DNA of 64,000 bases from an uncultured Dorea sp. (GCA_947645355.1 CANSCI010000001.1:13638-77637); one strand, 5' to 3'. Counted from the first letter of the stretch, positions 8,156 to 17,918 are shown. Made by a program: numbers and translations. The notes: generated by a model from the letters alone, not told the origin.

Positions 8156-8989
8156 ATGGGAAAAATAATTAAGGATACAATTCATGCAAATGGGATAGAT
8201 ATTGGTATTTATACACAGGACTTTGAAAATGAATTTATTTCATTGACAGATATAGCTCGATATAAAAGTGATGACCCAACAGCGGTTATTCAAAACTGGA
8301 TGAGAAACAGGGATGTGATAGAATTTCTGGGATTATGGGAAAGACTTCATAATCCAGATTTTAAACCCCTCGAATTCGAGGGGTTTAAAAAACAGGCAGG
8401 AGCAAACGCATTTACAATGTCACCAAAGAAGTGGATAGAAGCTACAAATGCCATTAGCATTGTTTCAAAAGCGGGACGTTATGGCGGAACATATGCTCAT
8501 AGTGATATTGCTATGTCTTTTGCAACTTGGATTTCGCCTGAGTTCCAGTTATATATTATGAAGGATTACAGGAGATTAAAGACAGATGAGAATAGTCGAC
8601 TATCTTTGAATTGGAATTTGAACAGAGAGATTTCTAAGTTGAATTATAGGATACATACAGATGCGATTAAAGAAAATTTGATTCCGCCAGAATTAACGCC
8701 TGCACAGGTAGCCTACACATATGCTAATGAAGCCGATATGCTCAATGTGGTTTTGTTTGGAAAGACAGCGAAGCAATGGAAAGACGAAAATCCAGCAGTT
8801 AAAGGAAATATGCGGGATGTAGCAACTCTAAATCAATTACTTATACTTGCAAATTTAGAAAGTTATAATGCTGTTTTAATTAATCAGGGGAAACGTCAAA
8901 AAGAACGTATGGAATTGTTGCGACAGTTGGCGGTACAACAATTACAAACATTGGAAACAGTAAGTTTAAATAATCTGCGGAAATTATGA
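8156..8989 (+). CDS. KilA-N domain DNA-binding protein
   Basis: FISLTDIARYK..DP..VIQNWMRNR..IEFLGLWERLHNPDFKPLEF..SPKKWI..SKAGRYGGTYAHSDIA..FATWISPEFQLY. RBS ggagg before ATG 8156. Confidence 0.9.
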   Translation: MGKIIKDTIHANGIDIGIYTQDFENEFISLTDIARYKSDDPTAVIQNWMRNRDVIEFLGLWERLHNPDFKPLEFEGFKKQAGANAFTMSPKKWIEATNAISIVSKAGRYGGTYAHSDIAMSFATWISPEFQLYIMKDYRRLKTDENSRLSLNWNLNREISKLNYRIHTDAIKENLIPPELTPAQVAYTYANEADMLNVVLFGKTAKQWKDENPAVKGNMRDVATLNQLLILANLESYNAVLINQGKRQKERMELLRQLAVQQLQTLETVSLNNLRKL

Positions 8990-9163
8990 GTAAATACATA
9001 GAAATAAATAATGTTAGAAAAATTTTAGATTATAAAAGCGAAGCTATGATAATGATAGAAAATTAGGATATAGTTAGCTTTGGTTCATAGTGCAGTTTTT
9101 TATGAAGCAAAGGGTATAATAAATATGTTTGTTTAAATAAAGATGATACAAGGGGGAATGTTT

Positions 9164-10174
9164 ATGGACACAGTTGGAATTATGAATATAGAATTAAGGG
9201 CAGTTGTGTTAGGTGCTACAGATGCATTGTTAAATTTGGAAATGCCGTATGGTTATGTACTTAAGCATTTAAAACTCAAGGATACCCCTTTATATAATGA
9301 AGTGGTAAATACAAGGGGGAACTTGGATATTAAGTATATAGCAAGTAATCTTGCTGATGAGGGAACCCCGGAATTTATTTTTTTATATAAAAGTGAAAAT
9401 AATTCGATGCCATTAGAATACTTTTCAATTGGGGAAATGCTAGGCGGGTATGAGAAGGATGGGGAGTATTTTGATACAATTACCAATAAATGGAATAAAG
9501 AGATTTTTTACATATTGTCTATGTTAAGATTAACCCAAGAAGGGAATATAGAAGTTGCTGATAAGATTTATAAAATGGAAGCAAATTATAAGTGTAACAA
9601 TATTAGCAGAAGGGGAGTATCTTCTCAAGATAGCCCTATCAGTGTATATGATGACTTGTATGAATGGAACAACGATAATATGATTTGTTTCGAGAATATG
9701 GTTGGGCTGCCAGAAGTGTTAAAAGACGAATTGGAAGATGTTATGGAGCGATTTGGAAGAGGATATAGCTCATATAGATACGACGATGCATATAAGAATC
9801 TTGTAACTTTAGCTGAAATTATCCTGATAGGTTACAATTCAAATGATAAAAGAGGTGGAAAAAAAGAAAAGTTTGCAAATCGATTAGCAGCGGCAATTGC
9901 ACAAGATGCAAATGTAGAGTCTGTGCATGACAATGCACTGAAAATGTATAAAGAACGTTCAAATGAAACTCATGAAGGAAATAATCAAAATATTACAATG
10001 GAAGCGTTGAAAGAACTGTGTTGTGTAGTAAGGGAACTGATACAGAACTTTATAAGCTTTGCCAAAAACCAGTATGGAAGCATTGCGGATAAAACATTTA
10101 ATGGCATAAAGAGAGAATATATAATGGGCTTATTGGAACGGATTAATACATTGCGAACAAATGGCTTGTTATAA
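9164..10174 (+). CDS. ApeA-like HEPN-domain protein (putative RNase, candidate anti-phage effector)
   Basis: C-terminal helical domain with AYKNLVTLAEIIL...KEKFANRLA...MYKERSNETHEG (R-x4-H). AT-rich. RBS aggggg before ATG 9164, TATAAT at 9115. Confidence 0.7.
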   Translation: MDTVGIMNIELRAVVLGATDALLNLEMPYGYVLKHLKLKDTPLYNEVVNTRGNLDIKYIASNLADEGTPEFIFLYKSENNSMPLEYFSIGEMLGGYEKDGEYFDTITNKWNKEIFYILSMLRLTQEGNIEVADKIYKMEANYKCNNISRRGVSSQDSPISVYDDLYEWNNDNMICFENMVGLPEVLKDELEDVMERFGRGYSSYRYDDAYKNLVTLAEIILIGYNSNDKRGGKKEKFANRLAAAIAQDANVESVHDNALKMYKERSNETHEGNNQNITMEALKELCCVVRELIQNFISFAKNQYGSIADKTFNGIKREYIMGLLERINTLRTNGLL

Positions 10175-10229
10175 TTGTGTTGAGATGGGGTTTCTGTAGA
10201 TTAAATTTTTGTGGGAATCTGTTAATACC

Positions 10230-10304
10230 GTTGAAACCATTGTACTTTTATCCCGCAAATCACCAGCGATAACGGACGCACTTAAACATTTTGAGGTAAT
10301 TTAA
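10230..10304 (+). pseudogene. rlmD: Orphan 3' tail of rlmD/rumA (copy 2, internally deleted), probable att junction
   Basis: Translates VETIVLLSRKSP-AITDALKHFEVI*. It begins at the conserved (H)VET(V/I)VLL end of the RlmD catalytic domain and is fused in frame to the last 12 residues of the extension. Confidence 0.7.
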
Positions 10305-10594
10305 TGAATGAAAGGGTTTATCAAATTGCAGAGCAGATAGTTGAAATACATTAAAAAGCCTATGCGGTTTATTTGCCGCTGGTTGAAGATGCGTGTAGCA
10401 GAACTGAGTCAGAGGTTGAATTATCACATTTGCTTGATTCTATACTGGACTTTGCATGTGATGAGAAACCATTGAGATTATACAAGAAAGTGCGCAGATG
10501 ATATTTATATGTATATCAGAGGTGTATCAAATTTTATATTGAAGCGTATCGGAAGATGTGGGAAGATAAAAACAAATGACTATTCGGCAGAATA
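10266..10594 (+). repeat. Diverged direct repeat, copy B (329 bp)
   Basis: Matches 7764-8092. Confidence 0.9.
10304..10579 (+). pseudogene. Decayed paralogue of the 91-aa protein at 7802
   Basis: Same length (276 nt), with in-frame stops TAA 10352-10354 and TGA 10499-10501. Confidence 0.85.
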
Positions 10595-10614
10595 AATTTA
10601 AGAGAAGTATTCAA

Positions 10615-10788
10615 TATAAAAGTGATGACCCAACAGCGGTTATACAAAATTGGATGAGAAATCCAGACGTGATAGATTTTTTGGGATTATGGGAAAGGCT
10701 TCACAATTCAAATTTTAACCCCCTCGAATTCGAGAGGTTTAGAAAGCAGGCAGGAGCCAATGCTTTTATAATGTCACCTAAGAAGTGG
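10615..10788 (+). pseudogene. Internal fragment of a second KilA-N gene
   Basis: 174 nt collinear with 8261-8434 (YKSDDPTAVIQNWMRN...MSPKKW). Confidence 0.9.
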
Positions 10789-10792
10789 AGCA

Positions 10793-10960
10793 GAGTACAT
10801 TGATTTGCTCAGTGCAGAGGATAAGAAAGCGTCAGATAAGTTTTGGGAACTTGAAAAACGGGTAAAGAATGACCGGCGCCATCCGGGAGTGATAATCGAA
10901 ATGAGAAAATCCAATGCGATATATGATATGGTAAGTTTGGTCAGGTCAGGTGTAATCACA
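10793..10960 (+). pseudogene. Internal fragment of a small conserved hypothetical protein
   Basis: EYIDLLSAEDKKASDKFWELEKRVKNDRRHPGVIIEMRKS resembles a ~100-aa clostridial family. No start codon, and fused in frame to the next fragment. Confidence 0.55.
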
Positions 10961-12337
10961 TGTGATATTAAAAATTATATCTTATTTTTTGTCAGTGAGA
11001 TGATGGCAACGGCTTTATTCTTTTCTCTCTTTGCCCTGAGGGAATGTTTACTTTTTGGAATCAGGGACGATATGGTTTTATATTTATTGGATTATGAGTT
11101 TAAAATTGCAAGTGTGATCATGTTTATCATTACAGTTCTGATCATGTTTTTTTCTATGAAATATTATATGAAATCTAGAATCAAAGACTATAGTATGTTT
11201 ATTATTCTTGGGATGCGAAGGAGGCTCCTATATCTTCTGGTACTGGCAGAGTATACGATCGGGTGGATTTGTTCGGTATGCTTAGGCCTGCTTTTGGGGA
11301 GGGTTGTTGTTATTGGGTGTCAGAGGATTCTTAAAAAGGTAGATACTGCTTATGTGATTTCTTATTCTGTACATACAAAAATATATGGCTTTACATTGGC
11401 GGTCAGCCTGGCTGTAATGGCAGGGGCACTTTTTATATTGATGGTTAACCTGGGTCAGCGGGATTTATCTCAGCTGTTGAATGAAGAGGAAAGAAAAGAA
11501 ATCCGGCCGGTCAGCAAAAAGTGGTATATTATGGTTTTGATAGGTATCGGCTTGTATTTGTATGCATTTCATCAATATTATACAACAGATGCGGGGATGA
11601 TGTATGCTATTATACAGTGGACGGCATCTGGATTTTTATTATTAAGTTTTGGCGGCAGTTTTGTGCTGGAGGCGATGAAAAAAAGGAAGAACTTTTACTA
11701 CAAGAGAGTATTGCAGATCAATCAGTTTTATCATTGCTATAATAGCAATATCATTTTTGCCGCCGTAGTATTTACGATACATTTTCTGATTATTGGCTAC
11801 ATGACTTGTTCCATTATTGAAAATCTGCCATTAGAGAAGGATCGGAGTTCATATCCTTATGATTATGTGTGGATCGGGCAGGAGAAGGATGAAGGATTTG
11901 CAGAAAACTTCATAGAGAAATCAGCAGGAGAGTGTTCTGTCTATCCGGTGATACGGCTTGCTGCGTTTGCAGGCAGTGAGCATATCGGGATATCTGCCGG
12001 CACGTATGAAGAGATCACCGGGCGTTCTGTCCAACTGAATGATGATGAGATGTATCTAATTATTGAACAGACAGCGTAGGAAGGTAGAGAGGTTATAGAC
12101 AGAGACGATTATGAACTGATTTTTCAGGGAGTGCACACAGGCAAATATCGAGATATGCTGTATCATGTTGCGCTGCATTCTGGAGAATTTGAAGAGCAGT
12201 ACAATCAATATCAGATAAAAAAGATTGAAAGAGGAAATATATGGGGGAGTATTTCCATGGACAATTATCATGAGAATACAGTTGTGTTTTCCGATAACCG
12301 ATTTAAACAGGAACGGGAAAAAATAATGGATAAGTCA
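10961..12337 (+). pseudogene. FtsX/BceB-like ABC permease, truncated at both ends with an internal TAG
   Basis: IKNYILFFVSE..., SRIKDYSMFIILGMRRR FtsX motif. Stop at 12077-12079, but the same frame continues to ~12337. Confidence 0.75.
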
Positions 12338-12574
12338 GATGAGCCGACGGGGAATCTTGATTCAAAATCGGGAAAGGCAGTGATTAATGCATTGGACAGG
12401 ATTAATCAGAAAGATGGGAAAACGATCGTTATGGTGACTCACGATCCTCAGATGGCGAGTCATTGTACAAGAATTATACTTTTAAAGGATGGTACAATAC
12501 TTGACATATTAAAAAAAGAAGAGGGAACTGAAGAGTTTTATCAGGAAATACTGGCAAGAATGGCGGATTTATAA
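12338..12574 (+). pseudogene. C-terminal fragment of a LolD/BceA-like ABC ATPase
   Basis: DEPTGNLDSKSG...TIVMVTHDPQMAS...IILLKDG. Walker A and signature motif are absent. Confidence 0.85.
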
Positions 12575-12661
12575 GAATAATAACAGCCCCAAAAAATTCT
12601 CTTGCCAACTTCATATACCTGTGTTAGAATAAATATGGTTTATCGGCAGGAGGTGTAAAAG

Positions 12662-12904
12662 GTGGAGATTTTAAAGACTATATTAATGATTATATTTGCA
12701 ATAGATTGTATCGCATTGTCTGCTATCGTATTATTACAGGAAGGAAAGTCCGCCGGACTTGGAACGATCGGCGGTATGGCGGATACTTACTGGGGGCAGA
12801 ACAAGGGACGTTCCATGGAGGGTGCGCTTGTGAAGTCTACGAAGTTTCTGGCGGTTCTGTTTATTGTACTGGCAGCAGTGTTGAATTTAAAAGTATTTGC
12901 GTAA
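12662..12904 (+). CDS. secG: Preprotein translocase subunit SecG
   Basis: IVLLQEGKSAGLGTIGG...KGRSMEG, two TM helices, secG-rnr-smpB synteny. Confidence 0.95.
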   Translation: MEILKTILMIIFAIDCIALSAIVLLQEGKSAGLGTIGGMADTYWGQNKGRSMEGALVKSTKFLAVLFIVLAAVLNLKVFA

Positions 12905-12928
12905 GAAGGCATATTTTAAAAGAACGGT

Positions 12929-12958
12929 GGGACACTCCTGTAATAGGGGTGTCTTTTT
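12929..12958 (+). terminator. Intrinsic terminator after secG
   Basis: gacactcct-gtaat-aggggtgtc-ttttt. Confidence 0.7.
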
Positions 12959-12961
12959 GAT

Positions 12962-13050
12962 TATGCCCTAAGGGCATCCCGCAATACATGCGCCCTGGCG
13001 GGGCAGGCGGACTTCGTCCGTCAAGGTGCACCTAAGGGCATATATGCCTT
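12962..13050. repeat. Cluster of GC-rich mini-hairpins (REP-like)
   Basis: atgccctaagggcat, gccctggcggggc, cggacttcgtccg, ggcatatatgcc. The 15-mer ggcggacttcgtccg recurs at 55555-55569. Confidence 0.55.
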
Positions 13051-13069
13051 CAGAGAGGATGGAAAGAAC

Positions 13070-15244
13070 GTGGATAAAGCATTTGAAAAAAGAAAGAAAG
13101 TTGTCTATGACCTGATCTGCGACAGCTTATATATACCTATGAAATTTAAAGAGCTTGCTATGCTTTTGCAGGTTTCCAGGGAAGAGCGGGATGACCTTCG
13201 CCGGATTCTGGAGGAACTTGAGGAAGAGGGAAAGATCTATCTTACGAAGAAGGGGAAATACTGTAAGGGTGAAGCAGAGAGGCTGACGGGAATCTATCGT
13301 GCCAATGCCAGGGGATTTGGTTTCGTGGTGACGGAAGGTGAGGACAGCGATGTCTTTATCGGGGAAGAGTACACAGGCGGAGCCTTTGACGGTGATACTG
13401 TGGAATATGTAATTACAGGTGCCCCCAAAGAGAGAAGCCGGGAGGGGAAGATCACACGGATCATATCCCGCGCCCTTAGAAAGGTTGTGGGGCTTTATGA
13501 GGCAAAGCCGGGAAAGGATTATGGATTTGTCCGCCCGGATAACCAGAAGATCCAGAAGGATATCTTCATTCCGGCAGGGAAGTCAAACGGGGCGGTAAAC
13601 GGCCACAAGGTGGTGGCAGAGCTTACGTCTTACGGTGATGACAGCCATAAGCCGGAGGGGAAGATCACGGAGATCATCGGGCATATCAATGATCCCGGGA
13701 CAGATATTATGTCAATTGTAAAGGGCTATGATCTTCCGGTGGAATTCCCGGAGAAGGTGATGAATCAGGCGCAGCGTGCGGCAAAGGCTGTAAGCGGGGC
13801 TGATATGGCAGGGCGGAAGGATATCCGCAGCTGGCTGATGGTGACGATCGACGGTGAGGAGGCAAAGGATCTCGACGATGCTGTATCTGTCTTACGTGAC
13901 GGTGAGAATTATATCCTTGGAGTACACATTGCCGATGTGACCAATTATGTGCAGGAGAACAGCGCCCTTGACCGGGAAGCCCTCGAGAGGGGCACCAGTG
14001 TGTATCTGGCAGATCGCGTCATTCCCATGCTTCCCCATGCACTGTCCAACGGAATCTGTTCTCTGAATGCAGGGGAGGACCGGCTGGCGCTGAGCTGTAT
14101 CATGACGGTGAATCGCAAAGGTTGTGTGATAGACCATGAGATTGCAGAGACCGTGATCCATGTGGATCAAAGGATGAGTTATACCAGCGTAAATAAGATC
14201 CTGTCGGACCGTGACGAGGCAGAGATAAAAAAATATAAAGATTTTGTACCGATGTTTGAGCTTATGCTGGAATTATCTGGTATACTGAGGGGGAGAAGGC
14301 GGCAGAGGGGCTCCATTGATTTTGATTTTCCCGAGACGAAGCTTGAATTAGATGAGCAGGGAAGGCCTCTTTCCATCAAACCTTATGAGCGGAACGCGGC
14401 AACAAAGCTCATTGAAGATTTTATGCTTCTTGCCAATGAGACGGTGGCGGAAGACTATTACTGGCAGGAACTTCCGTTTGTGTACCGCACCCACGAGGCG
14501 CCGGATGATGAAAAGATTCGTGCACTTGCCACATTTATCAATAACTTTGGCTATTCCATGCACGTCGGAGCCAATGAGATCCGGCCCAAAGAAGTGCAGA
14601 AGCTTCTTGGAAAAGTGGAGGGAACGCCGGAGGAAGCGTTGATTGGCAGGCTGGCGCTGCGGTCTATGAAGCAGGCAAAGTATATGCCGGAAAATATGGG
14701 GCATTTCGGGCTTGCGGCCAATTATTATACCCACTTCACATCCCCCATCCGCCGCTATCCGGATCTTCAGATTCACAGAATCATCAAGGACAATCTGAGG
14801 GGAAGGATGAATGAGGCAAAGCGGGAGCATTATCATGCAATCCTGCCTGAGGTGACCAAACATGCCAGTGAGATGGAGCGAAGAGCCGATGAGGCAGAGC
14901 GGGAGACGGTCAAGCTTAAGAAGGTTGAATATATGCAGGAGCGCCTGGGTGAGACCTTTACAGGTGTAATCTCCAGTATCACAAAGTGGGGGATGTACGT
15001 GGAACTTGAAAATACGGTGGAAGGTCTGGTTCATGTGGTGAATATGGCAGATGATCATTATGATTATGTACAAGAGCGCCATGAGATGACGGGGATCCAT
15101 ACCGGGAAGTCCTATAAGCTGGGGCAGAGGGTAATGGTGCGTGTCATCGGTACGGACAGGCTGCTTCGCACTATTGATTTTGAGATTGCAGATGAAGGAG
15201 ACGAGCGGAATGGCAAAGACAAATGGGAAACTGATTGCCAATAA
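13070..15244 (+). CDS. rnr: Ribonuclease R
   Basis: Cold-shock domains, [18 protein letters not shown]...[15 protein letters not shown]-terminal S1 domain. Confidence 0.97.
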   Translation: MDKAFEKRKKVVYDLICDSLYIPMKFKELAMLLQVSREERDDLRRILEELEEEGKIYLTKKGKYCKGEAERLTGIYRANARGFGFVVTEGEDSDVFIGEEYTGGAFDGDTVEYVITGAPKERSREGKITRIISRALRKVVGLYEAKPGKDYGFVRPDNQKIQKDIFIPAGKSNGAVNGHKVVAELTSYGDDSHKPEGKITEIIGHINDPGTDIMSIVKGYDLPVEFPEKVMNQAQRAAKAVSGADMAGRKDIRSWLMVTIDGEEAKDLDDAVSVLRDGENYILGVHIADVTNYVQENSALDREALERGTSVYLADRVIPMLPHALSNGICSLNAGEDRLALSCIMTVNRKGCVIDHEIAETVIHVDQRMSYTSVNKILSDRDEAEIKKYKDFVPMFELMLELSGILRGRRRQRGSIDFDFPETKLELDEQGRPLSIKPYERNAATKLIEDFMLLANETVAEDYYWQELPFVYRTHEAPDDEKIRALATFINNFGYSMHVGANEIRPKEVQKLLGKVEGTPEEALIGRLALRSMKQAKYMPENMGHFGLAANYYTHFTSPIRRYPDLQIHRIIKDNLRGRMNEAKREHYHAILPEVTKHASEMERRADEAERETVKLKKVEYMQERLGETFTGVISSITKWGMYVELENTVEGLVHVVNMADDHYDYVQERHEMTGIHTGKSYKLGQRVMVRVIGTDRLLRTIDFEIADEGDERNGKDKWETDCQ

Positions 15245-15677
15245 TAAGAAAGCATATCATGATTATTTTATACTGGAGAATTATGAGGCAGGCATTGCGC
15301 TCCACGGCACAGAGGTAAAGTCTCTGCGGATGGGGAAATGCAGTATCAAGGAATCCTTTATCCGTGTGGAAAACGGGGAAGTTTATATCTATGGAATGCA
15401 TATCAGTCCTTATGAGAAGGGGAATATCTTCAACAAGGATCCACTTCGGGTCCGGAAGCTTCTCCTCCATAAGAGTGAGATCAATAAGCTGCTTGGCAGG
15501 ACAAAGGAAAAGGGAGCGGCAATCGTGCCGCTGAAGGTATATTTTAAAGGAAGTCTGGTGAAGGTGGAGATCGGTCTCGCAAAAGGTAAGAAGCTGTATG
15601 ACAAGCGGCAGGATATTGCGAAAAAGGATCAGCAAAGAGAGGCTCAGCGTGATTTTAAAGTGCGCAATTTCGGTTAG
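15210..15677 (+). CDS. smpB: SsrA-binding protein SmpB
   Basis: [11 protein letters not shown]...[15 protein letters not shown]...RKLLLHK...[12 protein letters not shown] 15210 with a gaaggag RBS. Confidence 0.97.
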   Translation: MAKTNGKLIANNKKAYHDYFILENYEAGIALHGTEVKSLRMGKCSIKESFIRVENGEVYIYGMHISPYEKGNIFNKDPLRVRKLLLHKSEINKLLGRTKEKGAAIVPLKVYFKGSLVKVEIGLAKGKKLYDKRQDIAKKDQQREAQRDFKVRNFG

Positions 15678-15686
15678 GAGGAGAAG

Positions 15687-15923
15687 ATGGTACCGGTAAG
15701 AAAAGAGGATTTAAGAAAACTAGTGTCGGAGACGACGGTGGAGATCTATGAGGAACTGACGCCTCACCTTGTCCGGCTGATCAATGAGACGAAGCAGGAC
15801 GCATCTCTTACAGAGGCTCAGAAGCAGGATGAGATTGCGCTGCATATGATGGGCTATGTAAAATCCTGCACCAATGAAATTATGATCGAAGTGTTGGCGG
15901 AGATACTGGGACTTGAGGAGTAG
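15687..15923 (+). CDS. Conserved hypothetical 78-aa helical protein
   Basis: Strong RBS aggagg and host-like codon usage. Confidence 0.7.
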   Translation: MVPVRKEDLRKLVSETTVEIYEELTPHLVRLINETKQDASLTEAQKQDEIALHMMGYVKSCTNEIMIEVLAEILGLEE

Positions 15924-15970
15924 AGACAGGGCCGCAGAGCTGCAATTTGAAGCTTACAAGGAATTGAAAT

Positions 15971-16026
15971 AAGCCAATGATTTAGTGAGTTGTCACGTAA
16001 TAGCTGAATCATTGGCTTGTTTTTAT
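15971..16026. terminator. Hairpin/terminator
   Basis: Perfect 12-bp arms aagccaatgatt (15971) and aatcattggctt (16007) followed by gttttt. Confidence 0.5.
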
Positions 16027-16048
16027 TAAAAATAATTTGAACATAGTA

Positions 16049-16122
16049 TTGACAACTAAAGTTGTCAAGTGTTATATTAAAAATGACAATAATACTTGTC
16101 AAAATGCAAATAATATTTGTCA
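16049..16122 (+). promoter_or_regulatory. Sigma-A promoter overlapped by three TGACAA-N6-TTGTCA-type operators
   Basis: TTGACA 16049 and TG-n-TATATT 16073. Palindromes ttgacaactaaagttgtcaa, tgacaataatacttgtca and the degenerate tgcaaataatatttgtca. Confidence 0.65.
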
Positions 16123-16178
16123 TAGAAAATAAGTATACAATTCACGTGTACATTTCAAACTCGAAAGGAGAGGTGCAT

Positions 16179-16403
16179 ATGGGTTTGGAAAACAGGTTGA
16201 AGGAGCATCGGGCCAGGCTCGGAGTCAATCAGTCAGAGCTTGGCAGACTTGCCGGTGTGTCCAGGCAGACCATCAGCCTGATCGAACGGGGGGATTATTC
16301 CCCGTCAGTGACGTTGGCGCTGAAGCTTGCAAAGATATTTGATGTGGCAGTAGAAGCAATATTTGTCTATAAGGAGGAAGAAGAGCATGAAGAGTACGAG
16401 TAA
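16179..16403 (+). CDS. XRE-family HTH regulator
   Basis: NRLKEHRARLGVNQSELGRLAGVSRQTISLIERGDYSPSVTLALKLA. RBS aggagagg before ATG 16179. Confidence 0.93.
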   Translation: MGLENRLKEHRARLGVNQSELGRLAGVSRQTISLIERGDYSPSVTLALKLAKIFDVAVEAIFVYKEEEEHEEYE

Positions 16404-17169
16404 GGCGAAGAAAAAGATGAATTCATATGTTAAGATTTTGTTGTGGATGGCTTTGGGCGGTGTGATCGGTGGAAGTATAAGTGTCGGGATGCTGATGGCA
16501 GATGACGGGCTGGATGTCGTTTTAGAAAATATGACAGGCTGGATTCATATGCACACAGTTATACTGCTGGCCGCGGCGGCAGTGATGGCACTTGTCATGT
16601 GTGTGGTCTGCTACAAAAAAGGGGAGACTATCAGTAAGCAGTTTCAGAACTGTACAGATGATGAAGGACAGGCACAGCTGGATGGGCATTATAATTTCTG
16701 GAGCATGACGGGGACAGTAGCAACCACCATGATTATCTATTTTTCTCTTGGAATTTTGGCGTTCGGCTTCCGTCTGGAGAATGATAGGGATGCAATGCGT
16801 CTGCTTGTCTCGTCTGCATTATTGATCGTTATTACAGTGGTCTGTGTCTTTTATCAAATTGCTGTCGTTAAGCAGATCCGGAAAAAAGATCCCATGAAAC
16901 GCGGGGATGCAGCAGATCTTGCCTTCTGTAAAGAATGGCTGAAAAGCTGTGATGAAGCAGAACGCTATATCATCTATGAAGCCGGGTATAAAACGTATTC
17001 AGAGACGAAGATCATCCTGCTTGCTGCGGCAGTCATTGCTATGACAGGAGAGTTGATCCTGGGCGGCGGGCTGGCGGCGGCTGTGCTTCTTCTCCTGTGC
17101 AATATGCTGTCGACCGTTTTATATGCCGTTCATTCAGTGAGAATGGAAAAGCAAAGATACTGCCTTTGA
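16387..17169 (+). CDS. DUF3169-like membrane protein
   Basis: GGVIGG, about six TM helices, DPMKRGD...EWLKSCDEAER..IYEAGYK. Typical pairing with an XRE regulator. Confidence 0.8.
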   Translation: MKSTSKAKKKMNSYVKILLWMALGGVIGGSISVGMLMADDGLDVVLENMTGWIHMHTVILLAAAAVMALVMCVVCYKKGETISKQFQNCTDDEGQAQLDGHYNFWSMTGTVATTMIIYFSLGILAFGFRLENDRDAMRLLVSSALLIVITVVCVFYQIAVVKQIRKKDPMKRGDAADLAFCKEWLKSCDEAERYIIYEAGYKTYSETKIILLAAAVIAMTGELILGGGLAAAVLLLLCNMLSTVLYAVHSVRMEKQRYCL

Positions 17170-17234
17170 TTTCACAGAACGGACATATTTGTCTGTTATT
17201 ATAAAATCAAAGGTTTTTACGTGGAGGGGATATT

Positions 17235-17918
17235 ATGGATAAAGTCAAGATACTGGTGGTGGATGATGAGAGCAGGATGCGCAAACTGGTCAGGGATTTC
17301 CTTGAGCGTGCGGGATATAGAGTTATGGAGGCAGAAAATGGTCTGGAGGCAATGGAGATCTATTATGAGAATAAGGATATCGGGCTTCTGATCCTGGATA
17401 TTATGATGCCGAAGATGGACGGGTGGCAGGTCTGCCGCGAGGTAAGGCAGTCTTCCAAGGTTCCCATTATTATGCTGACGGCGCGCTCGGAGGAGCGGGA
17501 CGAACTGCAGGGGTTTGAACTGGGGGTGGATGAATATATATCGAAACCCTTCAGCCCGAAGATTCTGGTGGCAAGAGTGGAAGCCATACTCCGAAGAAGC
17601 CGTGCCCTTGATGAAAATGAAGCAATAGACGCAGGCGGGATCGTGATCGACAAAGCAGCTCACAGAGTGCAGATTGACGGATCAGATATTGACCTGAGTT
17701 ATAAAGAGTTTGAGCTTTTATCCTATTTTGTGGAGAATCAGGGGATTGCGCTGTCCAGGGAGAAGATATTGAATAATGTATGGAATTATGATTATTTCGG
17801 GGATGCCAGAACGATAGATACCCATGTGAAAAAGTTAAGGAGCAAGCTTGAGAGCAAAGGGCACTATATTAAGACCATCTGGGGCATGGGCTACAAATTC
17901 GAGGTGGACGGGCAATGA
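17235..17918 (+). CDS. OmpR-family response regulator
   Basis: ILVVDDE, LDIMMPKMDGW, KPFSP, winged helix RTIDTHVKKLRSKL..IKTIWGMGY. Confidence 0.95.
   Translation: MDKVKILVVDDESRMRKLVRDFLERAGYRVMEAENGLEAMEIYYENKDIGLLILDIMMPKMDGWQVCREVRQSSKVPIIMLTARSEERDELQGFELGVDEYISKPFSPKILVARVEAILRRSRALDENEAIDAGGIVIDKAAHRVQIDGSDIDLSYKEFELLSYFVENQGIALSREKILNNVWNYDYFGDARTIDTHVKKLRSKLESKGHYIKTIWGMGYKFEVDGQ

Noticed and set aside
12077-12079. In-frame TAG (and the TAA codons in addB and the ADH gene) as programmed recoding or an alternative genetic code
   Set aside because: TAA and TAG terminate many normal genes in this window, no pyl/sel machinery is visible here, and the permease is also broken by deletions.
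10576-12574. ORF-track proteins of 75, 424 and 147 aa as novel domain fusions
   Set aside because: Each decomposes into truncated pieces of known families without proper starts, so they are better explained as deletion chimeras.
14348-15241. 297-aa minus-strand ORF, and similar long antisense ORFs at 18221-19324, 35719-36429, 43782-44570, 54108-54791 and 62575-63384
   Set aside because: They lie antisense to well-supported genes, show no recognisable motifs and are expected shadows of codon bias.
15677-16050. tmRNA (ssrA) next to smpB
   Set aside because: No tRNA-like GGGG...CCA ends or tag reading frame. The space holds a small CDS and a hairpin.
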